Shown here: piece by piece, positions 44,205-51,686 of the stretch
Numbering within the stretch: position 1 is the first letter of the stretch
How the letters are laid out: every line of letters begins with the position of its first letter
Origin: an uncultured Verrucomicrobiota bacterium
Lineage (GTDB): Bacteria > Verrucomicrobiota > Kiritimatiellia > CAIQIC01 > Lenti-01
Assembly: GCA_964436715.1 (NCBI GenBank)
Contig: CAYTEK010000003.1
Coordinates: 1-51,871, forward strand
DNA length: 51,871 bases
Direction of reading: 5' to 3'
Position numbers and translations under genes: made by a program
Notes under the pieces: model-generated
What the model was told of the DNA's origin: nothing
Databases searched by the model: none
What the model saw: only the letters and a program-made list of their open reading frames with translations

Positions 44205-45067
44205 GGTTGTTCTTTCGCGGGCAACCCGGCGGCGCGGACCGCCAGCAGGTTCTGGAACTGGAAGATTTCGTTGCGCGGCTGGTAGGGGCCCAGCGGAATC
44301 AAGCGCCGCGTGTCCAGCCGGAAAAACCGGTAATCGGGCAGCAGGTCGTAGAAATCCCGCAGGAACACCCGCGCCGCGACGTTCATTTCGTTGAATTCGA
44401 ACAGGATCGCGCCGATGCGCCCGCCGCGGATCAGGTTTTCCGCCCCCTGCAAGACGGCGAATTCGTTGCCCTCCGTGTCGATCTTCAGAAAATCGATGGT
44501 TTCCCACTGCTGCTCGGCGGCCACGGCGTCCAGCGTGCGCAGGCGGATCGTTTCGGCCACGGCGTCCGCGAAGCGATGCATGGAACGCGCCACTTCGGGG
44601 TACAGGCTCGCCAGCGAACTGAGATCCTCGCGGGACGAACGATAGATGGGCGCCGTCGCCTCCTGCCGGCCGAGGCCGACGTCGAAGCACCGCACGTCCA
44701 GCCCCCGCACGTTCTCCTGCAACTTCGCGAACGTCGCCGCGACGGGTTCGAAGGCGCAGATCGCGGCCGCGGGAAATTGGGCCCGCAGCCGGCGCGCGAA
44801 CTCGCCGACGTTGGCGCCGACGTCCACCAGCACGGGCTGCGGCCGGGAAATCCAGCGCGGCAGCTCGTTCCGGATCAGGTGTTCCTCGCCCGTGACGTCC
44901 AGGTTTTGATATTTCAGGATGCCCATTTCCCGATGGGCCAGGCCGAGCAGATCGATGCCGGCCACGTGCGCCACCTGGCGGATGATCCGCCGGCAGCGCT
45001 CCGGTCCGAGGCGCCGGGCGCCCCAACGTTGAAGGGCATCTAGCATTCGCATGGTTGGCTGCTCCAT
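44201..45067 (-). CDS. FkbM-family methyltransferase
   Basis: VLVDVGANVGEFA...IDFLKIDTEGNEFAVLQGA. The start is ambiguous: ATGs at 45067, 45052 and 45046 all overlap the end of the Wzt C-terminal ORF. Confidence 0.8.
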   Translation of the reverse strand: MEQPTMRMLDALQRWGARRLGPERCRRIIRQVAHVAGIDLLGLAHREMGILKYQNLDVTGEEHLIRNELPRWISRPQPVLVDVGANVGEFARRLRAQFPAAAICAFEPVAATFAKLQENVRGLDVRCFDVGLGRQEATAPIYRSSREDLSSLASLYPEVARSMHRFADAVAETIRLRTLDAVAAEQQWETIDFLKIDTEGNEFAVLQGAENLIRGGRIGAILFEFNEMNVAARVFLRDFYDLLPDYRFFRLDTRRLIPLGPYQPRNEIFQFQNLLAVRAAGLPAKEQP

Positions 45068-46338
45068 TGGCTGCGGATCAAGACGGCGCAGTGGGCGGGC
45101 AGGCCCTTGCTGCCCGTGCCGAAATAGTCGCCGCCTTCAACGACGATTTCCGCGGCGCGGGACACGCAATCCAAGACCTCCGTTTCGCCTTTCGACAGGA
45201 ACACGGTGGCGAAATACGCGCCCTCCGCCAAGTTGAAATCCCGCACCGCGCATTCGATGCGCGTCGCGGGCGCCTCCAAATTCCGGTTTTCGTTCGTGAA
45301 ACTGGTCCGCACGAGCCAAACCGTTTCGTCCCGGCGGTCGCGCAGGGCGATGCTGGCCACGACGTTCGTCAACGGCGCGACGCCGGCGCCCAGCTGGCAC
45401 TCCAGGCAAAATCGATAGGACCGCCCCGACTGCAGCACGGCTTGGCGCCGGCCGGTCTCGTCGACGACGTAGAAATCCGCGACTTTCGCGCGTCCCGAGC
45501 CCGAACGATCCTGGCGTTCCCGGAGCGGCACGACCTTGGCGCCGTTTTCCAAGGCCTCCAGATAGCCGCGGATCACGTCCGCGCAGGGCCCCAGGCGCGC
45601 CAGTTGGCCGTCCTTCAGCCAGATCGCGCGGGAACAGAGGTGTTCGACGGCGGCCATGTTGTGGCTGACGAACAGGACGGTGCGGCCCTGCCGGGCGACG
45701 TCGTCCATCTTGCCGAGGTTTTTTTTTTTTTATTAGTCGTCGACCTAGTTCTACACCTCGTCCACCAGCAGGATTTCCGGCTCCAGATGCGCCGCCACCG
45801 CGAATGCCAACCGCACGTACATCCCGCTCGAGTAGCGCTTCACCGGCGTGTCGATGAACTTCTCGATCTCCGAAAACGCCACGATTTCGTCGAATTTCGC
45901 CGCGATTTCGCGCTTCTTCATGCCCAGGATCGTCCCGTTCAGGAAGACGTTCTCCCGCCCCGTCAGCTCCGGATGGAACCCCGTGCCCACTTCCAGCAGC
46001 GACCCCACCCGGCCGTTGATGACGGCTTCGCCGGTCGTCGGCTCCGTGATCCGCGTCAGAATCTTAAGCAGCGTGGCCTTGCCCGCCCCGGTGCGCCCGA
46101 TGACGCCGACCACCTCTCCCGGCTGCACCTCGAACGACACGTCCCGCAGCGCCCAGAACTCCGGATTGCGCTCCCGCGGCTTTTCGCCGAGCTTGCCCAT
46201 GTGCGCCGCCGGATCCCGGCCGCGCAGCTTGAGCCAGCCATAGCGCAGCTCGTCCCCCAGCGTCCGGCGGTTGATCTCTCCCAGCCGGTACATCTTCGAG
46301 AGATTGCGGACGGAAATTGCGGGAATGCTGGATTGCAT
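45040..46338 (-). pseudogene. wzt: Wzt/TagH-type polysaccharide-export ABC ATPase with a C-terminal Wzt_C-like binding domain, interrupted by an in-frame stop-codon block
   Basis: ORF 45751..46338 has Walker A GRTGAGKATLL, the Q-loop, the signature YSSGM and Walker B ILLVDEV, then TAG. ORF 45040..45708 is in the same frame and resumes with LGK-MDDVARQGRTVLFVSHNM (H-loop) plus a beta-sandwich-like tail of about 170 aa. I moved the start to ATG 46338 because the track's 46344 is TTG. Confidence 0.85.
45718..45753 (-). other. anomalous 36-nt AT-rich block replacing the D-loop codons of wzt
   Basis: The minus-strand codons are TAG AAC TAG GTC GAC GAC TAA TAA AAA AAA AAA AAC. On the plus strand there is a T13 run at 45719-45731 and GTCGAC at 45736-45741. 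It is the only such composition in the window. Confidence 0.9.
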
Positions 46339-46362
46339 GATCAATTGAGATTGCGGGATTGC
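46302..46362. repeat. array of GATTGCGG(G)-type motifs, 3' flank of the four-helix-bundle cassette (runs into the wzt 5' codons)
   Basis: gattgcgg at 46302-46309, aattgcgggaatg at 46316-46328, gattgca at 46331-46337, and gattgcgggattgc at 46349-46362. Confidence 0.7.
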
Positions 46363-46748
46363 TTGAGGGGAGAAGAACAGCCTCTTTTAATGGAGGCAAA
46401 AAGCCGAAGCAATTCATCTGCTTCCGACATCAATGGGGCCAGAACCTTCTGGCTGGCGCAAGGAGCAGGATGGAGATCGGACAGCGCTTCCAGCCAAAAC
46501 AGCGTTTCGTCTGCTTCTTTTTCGACGATCCCGATCTTGTGCGCAAAATCCGCGGCGGATTCGGCCCGCGTGGCTTCGCGATAATTGGCCCCCATGGACG
46601 CCGCCGATTTGCCCAATTGGAAAGCAATCACCTGGGTCGAAATCGCCTTGGACAGTTCATCCACGAACTTGAAAACCTGGACCGCGAACGTTCGAGTCCG
46701 GGTTTTCAGCCATTTCTTGAATTCCGCCTTGTCCATCCGCTCACTCAT
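46341..46748 (-). CDS. four-helix-bundle protein (23S rRNA intervening-sequence protein family)
   Basis: MSERMDKAEFKKWLKTRTRTFAVQVFKFVDELSK...QLGKSAASMGANYREATRAES..DFAHKIGIVEKEADETLFWLE. The gene has lower GC and is wedged between wzm and wzt. Confidence 0.8.
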   Translation of the reverse strand: MSERMDKAEFKKWLKTRTRTFAVQVFKFVDELSKAISTQVIAFQLGKSAASMGANYREATRAESAADFAHKIGIVEKEADETLFWLEALSDLHPAPCASQKVLAPLMSEADELLRLFASIKRGCSSPLKQSRNLN

Positions 46749-46756
46749 GTTTTGTT

Positions 46757-46830
46757 CCCGCAATCCCGCACTTCTGCAATCATTGCATTCCCGCAATCCC
46801 ACATTCCCACAATCTTGCACTCCCACAATC
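46757..46830. repeat. array of about five degenerate 16-17-nt units carrying CCCGCAATC / CCCACAATC, inverted relative to 46302-46362
   Basis: cccgcaatccc at 46757-46767, ctgcaatc at 46774-46781, cccgcaatccc at 46790-46800, cccacaatc at 46806-46814, and cccacaatc at 46822-46830. The array lies between the wzm stop and the four-helix-bundle start. Confidence 0.75.
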
Positions 46831-46843
46831 TTTCGCTTCCCGC

Positions 46844-47680
46844 TCACGCCACGTCCACGAACGTGCGCTGCGCCCGATTGAACGCCAGCAGCCCGATCGC
46901 CAGCAGCACCAGCGCCGCGGCCGTGCCGGCCGCGGCCTGCGCGACGGCGAAGGTGCCGTGGCCGGTCAGGCAGCGGCGCGTCGCCTCCACGACCCAGGCC
47001 ATCGGATTGACCGCCACGATCCAGCGCCATTGTTCCCCGACCGAACTGGAGGGATAAATGACCGGCGAGGCGTACATCCACAGTTGCGACAGAAACGGCA
47101 GGAAAAACTTCACGTCTCGATAGCGGATCGTCGTGGAAGCGAGCAGCAGGCCCATGGCGACGCCCAAGATCGCCGCCACGACCAGCACCGGCAAGAATCC
47201 CAGCATGTGCCAGGCCGGCGGCAACGCGACGCCCGCCCGGAACCGATAGTACAGCCAAAATCCCAGGAACATCGCGAAATTCAAGCCCAGCGTCGCGACA
47301 TTGGCCAACACCTTCACCACCGGCACGCACAGGCGCGGAAAATAGACCTTCCCGAACAAAGCCACGTTGCCCGTCAGCGTGCCGGCGATGGAATTCATGC
47401 AGTTCGCGAAGAAATTCCAGGCCAGCATGCCGCCCATGTAGAACAGGATCGGCGGCACGCCGTCCGTGCCGATCTTCGCGATGTGGCCGAACACCACGGT
47501 GAACACCAGCGTCGTCAGCAGCGGCTGGATCACGAACCACGTCGGTCCCAGCACGCTTTGCTTGTAGGCGGAGGTCAGATCCCGCTGAGCCATGATCCCG
47601 ATCAGGTCGCGGTATTCCCAGATTTCCCGGAAATCGATCCGCCACCAAGGCACATTGGCTCGAATGAGGGTCGGTCGCAT
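46844..47680 (-). CDS. wzm: ABC-2-type polysaccharide export permease
   Basis: 278 aa. FREIWEYRDLIGIMAQRDLTSAYKQSVLGPTWFVIQPLL, six TM segments, and YFPRL. Confidence 0.9.
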   Translation of the reverse strand: MRPTLIRANVPWWRIDFREIWEYRDLIGIMAQRDLTSAYKQSVLGPTWFVIQPLLTTLVFTVVFGHIAKIGTDGVPPILFYMGGMLAWNFFANCMNSIAGTLTGNVALFGKVYFPRLCVPVVKVLANVATLGLNFAMFLGFWLYYRFRAGVALPPAWHMLGFLPVLVVAAILGVAMGLLLASTTIRYRDVKFFLPFLSQLWMYASPVIYPSSSVGEQWRWIVAVNPMAWVVEATRRCLTGHGTFAVAQAAAGTAAALVLLAIGLLAFNRAQRTFVDVA

Positions 47681-47686
47681 CTCGTT

Positions 47687-48199
47687 TCATCCCAATTTCG
47701 CGAACCATTTCACCAGCGGATTTCCCAGCAGGCGCTCCGCCTGCCGGTTCAGGTCGCGCACCCGCTTCACGCGCGCGGCCAGAAAGCGCGCGCCCGCTTC
47801 CCGCTTCAAGCCCGCCAGCGATTCTTCCGCGGCCTGCAAGTCCGCATCGAGCGCGACGGCCTTCGCGCGGGCGAACTTCAGAATGCCGTGCCGCAACGCC
47901 GAACCGACGTCGTCCGCGCTGCGGTAGTAGCGCTTGCGGTCGCCCGCCTTCCGCACCCGGTGGATCAAGCCCAGCCGTTCCAACTGCGCCGCCGCCAGGC
48001 TCACCGCCGCCTTGCTCAGGCGCAATTCGCGCTCCAGCGCATCGAGCGACGCCTCCCGCGGCGTCAAATACAGGTTGGCCAGCACTTCGCCCGCCACCCG
48101 GTTGAAGCCGAATTCCTGCGCCAGCCGACCGCCCGACGCCACCAGCCGCGACTTGATCGCGGCTTCATCGGCCAGGGTTGGAAGGGACGGTTCGGTCAT
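47687..48199 (-). CDS. MarR/GbsR-family winged-helix transcriptional regulator
   Basis: GFNRVAGEVLANLYLTPREASLDALERELRLSKAAVSLAAAQLERLGLIHRVRKAGDRKRYY. The start is moved to ATG 48199. The stop lies 6 nt upstream of the wzm start. Confidence 0.7.
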   Translation of the reverse strand: MTEPSLPTLADEAAIKSRLVASGGRLAQEFGFNRVAGEVLANLYLTPREASLDALERELRLSKAAVSLAAAQLERLGLIHRVRKAGDRKRYYRSADDVGSALRHGILKFARAKAVALDADLQAAEESLAGLKREAGARFLAARVKRVRDLNRQAERLLGNPLVKWFAKLG

Positions 48200-48208
48200 G
48201 GCAACTTG

Positions 48209-48256
48209 AACTTTTATGATTTCATAAAAGTTACTGGTTCCCGGCGCGGTTGTCAA
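48209..48256 (-). promoter_or_regulatory. candidate autoregulated promoter: TTGACA -35, a -10, and a 24-nt AT-rich palindromic operator
   Basis: On the minus strand: TTGACA (48256-48251), a 17-nt spacer, then TAACTT (48233-48228). The palindrome AACTTTTATGA-TT-TCATAAAAGTT (48209-48232, perfect 11-bp arms) overlaps the -10 and the presumed TSS, 10 nt upstream of the regulator ATG. Confidence 0.45.
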
Positions 48257-48266
48257 CCCGCGGCGT

Positions 48267-51200
48267 TCAATTCATCTTGAACCAGGAATAGATCAGGGAG
48301 TTCAGCAGAACGGGCTGGCGGTCGGTGCCGCCGAGGCTCTTCACCAGCGTCGCGCCGGTCTGGGACGACAAGACGTACCATTTGCCGCCGGCGGGATGAT
48401 ACACGGCCAGGTCGGCCTTCCCGTCGCCGTCGTAGTCCGCCGGCACCGGCAGCGTTGCCGACCAGCCGAAGCCCTGCGCGAGGCCGCCCCCGCCGCTGTA
48501 CGCGATCTGCCACGTCCCGTTGGCGCGCGTGAACGTCGCGCAATCGGCTTTCCCGTCGCCGTCGTAGTCCGCCGGCACCGGCAGCGCCTTGCCCCCGCCC
48601 AAATGGACCACCCCGCCGCTGGATAGGTACCAGTTTCCGCTCGCGGGATGGTACGCCGCGATTTCGACCGCCCCGTTGCCGTCGTAGTCCGCCGGCACGG
48701 GAACCACCGCCGACCAGCCGTACGCCAAGTTGTAGTCCGTCCCGCTCTGGCTGTACCGGAAGTACCACCGCGCCGTGGGCCGGTAAAACACCGCCAAGTC
48801 CGCCCGCCCGTCGCCATCGTAGTCCCCCGGCAACGGAATCGTCGCCGACCACCCGAACGACTCGACGCGGTCGCCCGCGGACGATTGGCGGACGTACCAC
48901 TTGCCGCCGGCCGGATGGTACACCGCCAGGTCCACCGTGCCGTCCCCGTCGTAGTCCGCCGGCACCGGCACCGTCGCCGACCACCCGAAGGCCGTCGTCG
49001 CGCTGCCGCCGCCGCTGTACGCGAAACCCCAGTTCCCGTTCGCCGGCCGGTACGTCGCCGCGTCCGCCGCCCCGTCCCCGTCGAAATCGGCCGCCACTTC
49101 CGGCAATGCGACGCCCGGCAACTGGGTCACAACGCACGTGCGAACCACTCCGCCGCCGGCAACGACGATGGCGCCGTAGCGGTAGGCGCCGGCGTTTGCG
49201 GCCACGTCGTAGACGACGGTGCCGTTGCCGCTGCCCGAACTTCCTCCGGAGATCGACAGCCAGGGAGCGGTGGCCGCCGCCGTCCAGTCCACGGTGGCCG
49301 ACACCGCGAGCGACACGCCGTTGGCCCCAGCCGCCGCCAGATTGGTGCTCGCGGGCGACAGAATCGGCCTCACCACGGGCGCGCCGCCGCGGGGACTGTC
49401 GTTTCGCCAAACGTGCAGCCGCGCATAATCGTCGTAGGCGATGCCGGCGAGATCCAAATCGCCGTCGCCGTCGAGATCGATCAGCCGCGCGCCCAGATGG
49501 TTCTCTTCACCCGATCCGACCAGATGCTCCGAGAAAGCGCCGGATCCGTCGTTGCCGAACACGCTGATGCGCTTGTCTCCCCGATGTTCGGCCAAGACGA
49601 GATCGAGATCGCCGTCCCGATCCACGTCGCCGCCGTCCATGCTGTTGAGCGTGTAGCGGGTGGTCACCCAATGGCGCGTCCAATTGCCGTTGGTGGGCGA
49701 AGCGGCGGGCTGCTCCCACCAATAGGCCAGCGCGTCCGGAAGGCTTCCGGCGTTTTCTTCGGTAACGGCGACGTCGGGGCGTCCGTCGCCGTTGAAATCG
49801 CCCGCTTCGCAGCGATCGGGCCAATCCGCCTCCGCGAACGTGCCCACGACGAAAACCGGCCAGGGACTCGAGCCGTCGCCCGGGTTGCGCGCCCATTTCA
49901 CCTGTTTGCTGGCGCCGCCGGTGAACGCGAGGTCGAGGCGCCCGTCGCCGTCGAAATCGGCCAAGTCCACGCCCTCGTCGGAATCGTTGGCCGCAATCCA
50001 TACCCGCGGCCACGCGCCCGCCGCCGGGTTCGCGGGGACCGTGAAATAGCAGGGGCCTTGGGAGGTCGAAATCACGATTTCCGGCCGGTCGCCGGCCGCG
50101 ATCTGGGCCAAGCGGCTGCCTTGGAATCCGGCGGGATGTTCGCTGTTCGGCACTTCACCGAATTTCACGACCGCATGCCAATCGGTGCCGGCGGCGTCCT
50201 GCGCTTCGTACCAGTACAAGTCGATCCGGTTCGCTGCGGAATTCGGGCGCATGGCAAGCCAATCCGCGCGGTCGTCGCCATCCACGTCGAGGGCTTGGAA
50301 CAGGTGGATGTCGGCATCCACCGTCGTTTGGATCCACGCGCCGGTCAGGCTGCCGCCGGGATTCCGATAGAGATATCGCCCGCTGGCCACGTCTTGGTCG
50401 CCGTCCGCATCCACGTCGGCGAACGCCATCCCGAAGGTGCGCTCGTGCCGATCGGACACCCTCACGTACCGCCAAAAATCGAGACTGGGCGGGCCGCCGG
50501 CGTTGCTGCGGTAAACGTAGGACGGCGCGGCGTTCCAATTCACGACGCCCACGATGTCGAGATCGCCGTCGTTGTCGACGTCGCCGAGTTCCGCGCTGTA
50601 GCTGCCTTCGCTCTGGATGATCTGCGGGGTCCAGGATGCGCCGGCCCCCGCGTTGAGGAACAATCGCAGCCCGCGGTGCGTCGACTGGGGCATGCCGCCC
50701 GTCAAGACGTCCCGATCGCCGTCGAGATCCGCGTCGTACACCTGCAACGTGTGGGCGTAATCGACGATCGCCACCGGGTGGGCGCTCCAGGCGCCGTTCG
50801 CGCGGCGATACCACGTGACGGCATAGCCGGCCCGCTCGGAATGGGAAAACGCGACGTCGTTGGTCCCATCGCCATCCACGTCGCCCACCGCCACCTTGCA
50901 GGAATTGGCGGTCCAATCGCCGGTCTGGTCGTACCACTGCGAATCGATGGATTGGTACGCGTAGTTGCCCGCGCTCCGGCAGGCGGCCGGAGCGTTGGGC
51001 GTGGCGAACCAAAAACCGTTGAGAACCACGTCGAGATCGCCATCCATGTCGAGATCGCCGAGTTCCATGCCTTCGTGCGCCCCATGGACGAGCCGCACCT
51101 CCGTCCAGCGATTCGTTTCGTTGAACCAGATCTGGGTCAGGGAATCTTCGCGATACACGAGATCGAGCCGGCCATCTCGATCGAGATCGCCGACCGCGAT

Positions 51201-51650
51201 GTCCTTGCCGTACGACGGACTGACGCCGACGATCCGCACCGTCCAGCTGGCGCCGGAACCAAGGTTTTCGATCCAGGCCGCCCGGCCTTCGCCGTCGTCC
51301 GTCGGTCCCCGTCCCAAGCGGACCACGAGATCGGCGTCGCCGTCGCCATCCACGTCGGCCACCTTGAAATCGTCGGCGCGCGTATAGCCATAGGTGCCCG
51401 ACAGGGCGAACAGCGTTCGCCGCGTCCAATCGGGCGCTTGAAACCATTCCACGGTGGTGCCTCCGTCGCCGACGGCCACGACGTCGTTCAGGCCATCGCC
51501 GTTCACGTCGCCCACGTCGCGCTCGTAGGCCACGTAGGAATCGTCGAGCACCACTTGCGGAAAATTCAGGTCGGCGCCGGCAATGCCGGGAAACGCCATG
51601 GTTGCGGCCATCCAGATCTTCCATTTTCCATTCACGCCGATTTCTTTCAT
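48267..51650 (-). CDS. secreted FG-GAP/VCBS-repeat protein (beta-propeller repeats, an Ig/BACON-like domain, and six C-terminal repeats of about 43 aa)
   Basis: 1127 aa with a signal peptide (MAATMAFPGIAGA) and many DVxGDGxxDxV Ca-binding-like repeats (GDVNGDGLNDVV, ADVDGDGDADLV, GDLDRDGRLDLV ...). The C-terminal modules read PVPADYDGDGKADLAVYHPAGGKWY. Confidence 0.85.
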   Translation of the reverse strand: MKEIGVNGKWKIWMAATMAFPGIAGADLNFPQVVLDDSYVAYERDVGDVNGDGLNDVVAVGDGGTTVEWFQAPDWTRRTLFALSGTYGYTRADDFKVADVDGDGDADLVVRLGRGPTDDGEGRAAWIENLGSGASWTVRIVGVSPSYGKDIAVGDLDRDGRLDLVYREDSLTQIWFNETNRWTEVRLVHGAHEGMELGDLDMDGDLDVVLNGFWFATPNAPAACRSAGNYAYQSIDSQWYDQTGDWTANSCKVAVGDVDGDGTNDVAFSHSERAGYAVTWYRRANGAWSAHPVAIVDYAHTLQVYDADLDGDRDVLTGGMPQSTHRGLRLFLNAGAGASWTPQIIQSEGSYSAELGDVDNDGDLDIVGVVNWNAAPSYVYRSNAGGPPSLDFWRYVRVSDRHERTFGMAFADVDADGDQDVASGRYLYRNPGGSLTGAWIQTTVDADIHLFQALDVDGDDRADWLAMRPNSAANRIDLYWYEAQDAAGTDWHAVVKFGEVPNSEHPAGFQGSRLAQIAAGDRPEIVISTSQGPCYFTVPANPAAGAWPRVWIAANDSDEGVDLADFDGDGRLDLAFTGGASKQVKWARNPGDGSSPWPVFVVGTFAEADWPDRCEAGDFNGDGRPDVAVTEENAGSLPDALAYWWEQPAASPTNGNWTRHWVTTRYTLNSMDGGDVDRDGDLDLVLAEHRGDKRISVFGNDGSGAFSEHLVGSGEENHLGARLIDLDGDGDLDLAGIAYDDYARLHVWRNDSPRGGAPVVRPILSPASTNLAAAGANGVSLAVSATVDWTAAATAPWLSISGGSSGSGNGTVVYDVAANAGAYRYGAIVVAGGGVVRTCVVTQLPGVALPEVAADFDGDGAADAATYRPANGNWGFAYSGGGSATTAFGWSATVPVPADYDGDGTVDLAVYHPAGGKWYVRQSSAGDRVESFGWSATIPLPGDYDGDGRADLAVFYRPTARWYFRYSQSGTDYNLAYGWSAVVPVPADYDGNGAVEIAAYHPASGNWYLSSGGVVHLGGGKALPVPADYDGDGKADCATFTRANGTWQIAYSGGGGLAQGFGWSATLPVPADYDGDGKADLAVYHPAGGKWYVLSSQTGATLVKSLGGTDRQPVLLNSLIYSWFKMN
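48330..49110 (-). repeat. six tandem coding repeats of about 130 nt (about 43 aa) at the 3' end of the FG-GAP gene (approximate bounds)
   Basis: The core cc(c/g)tc(g/c)cc(g/a)tcgtagtccgccggcac recurs near 48421, 48551, 48671, 48811, 48941 and 49071. The protein repeats carry DYDGDG...Y.P..G.WY...GW. Confidence 0.75.
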
Positions 51651-51686
51651 GTTGCGTGACGACTATTGAAAGTCCGGCCGCACAAT

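Noticed and set aside
45719-45731. The T13 run, considered as the U-tract of an intrinsic terminator or as a transcriptional-slippage site.
   Set aside because: No convincing GC hairpin precedes it on the plus strand, and no plus-strand gene ends there. Slippage cannot bypass four in-frame stop codons. I kept it as part of the anomalous block finding instead.
48330-49110. Regularly spaced repeats of about 130 nt, considered as a CRISPR-like array.
   Set aside because: The repeats are in-frame protein modules (DYDGDG...WY) of the FG-GAP gene. There are no unique spacers and no cas genes.
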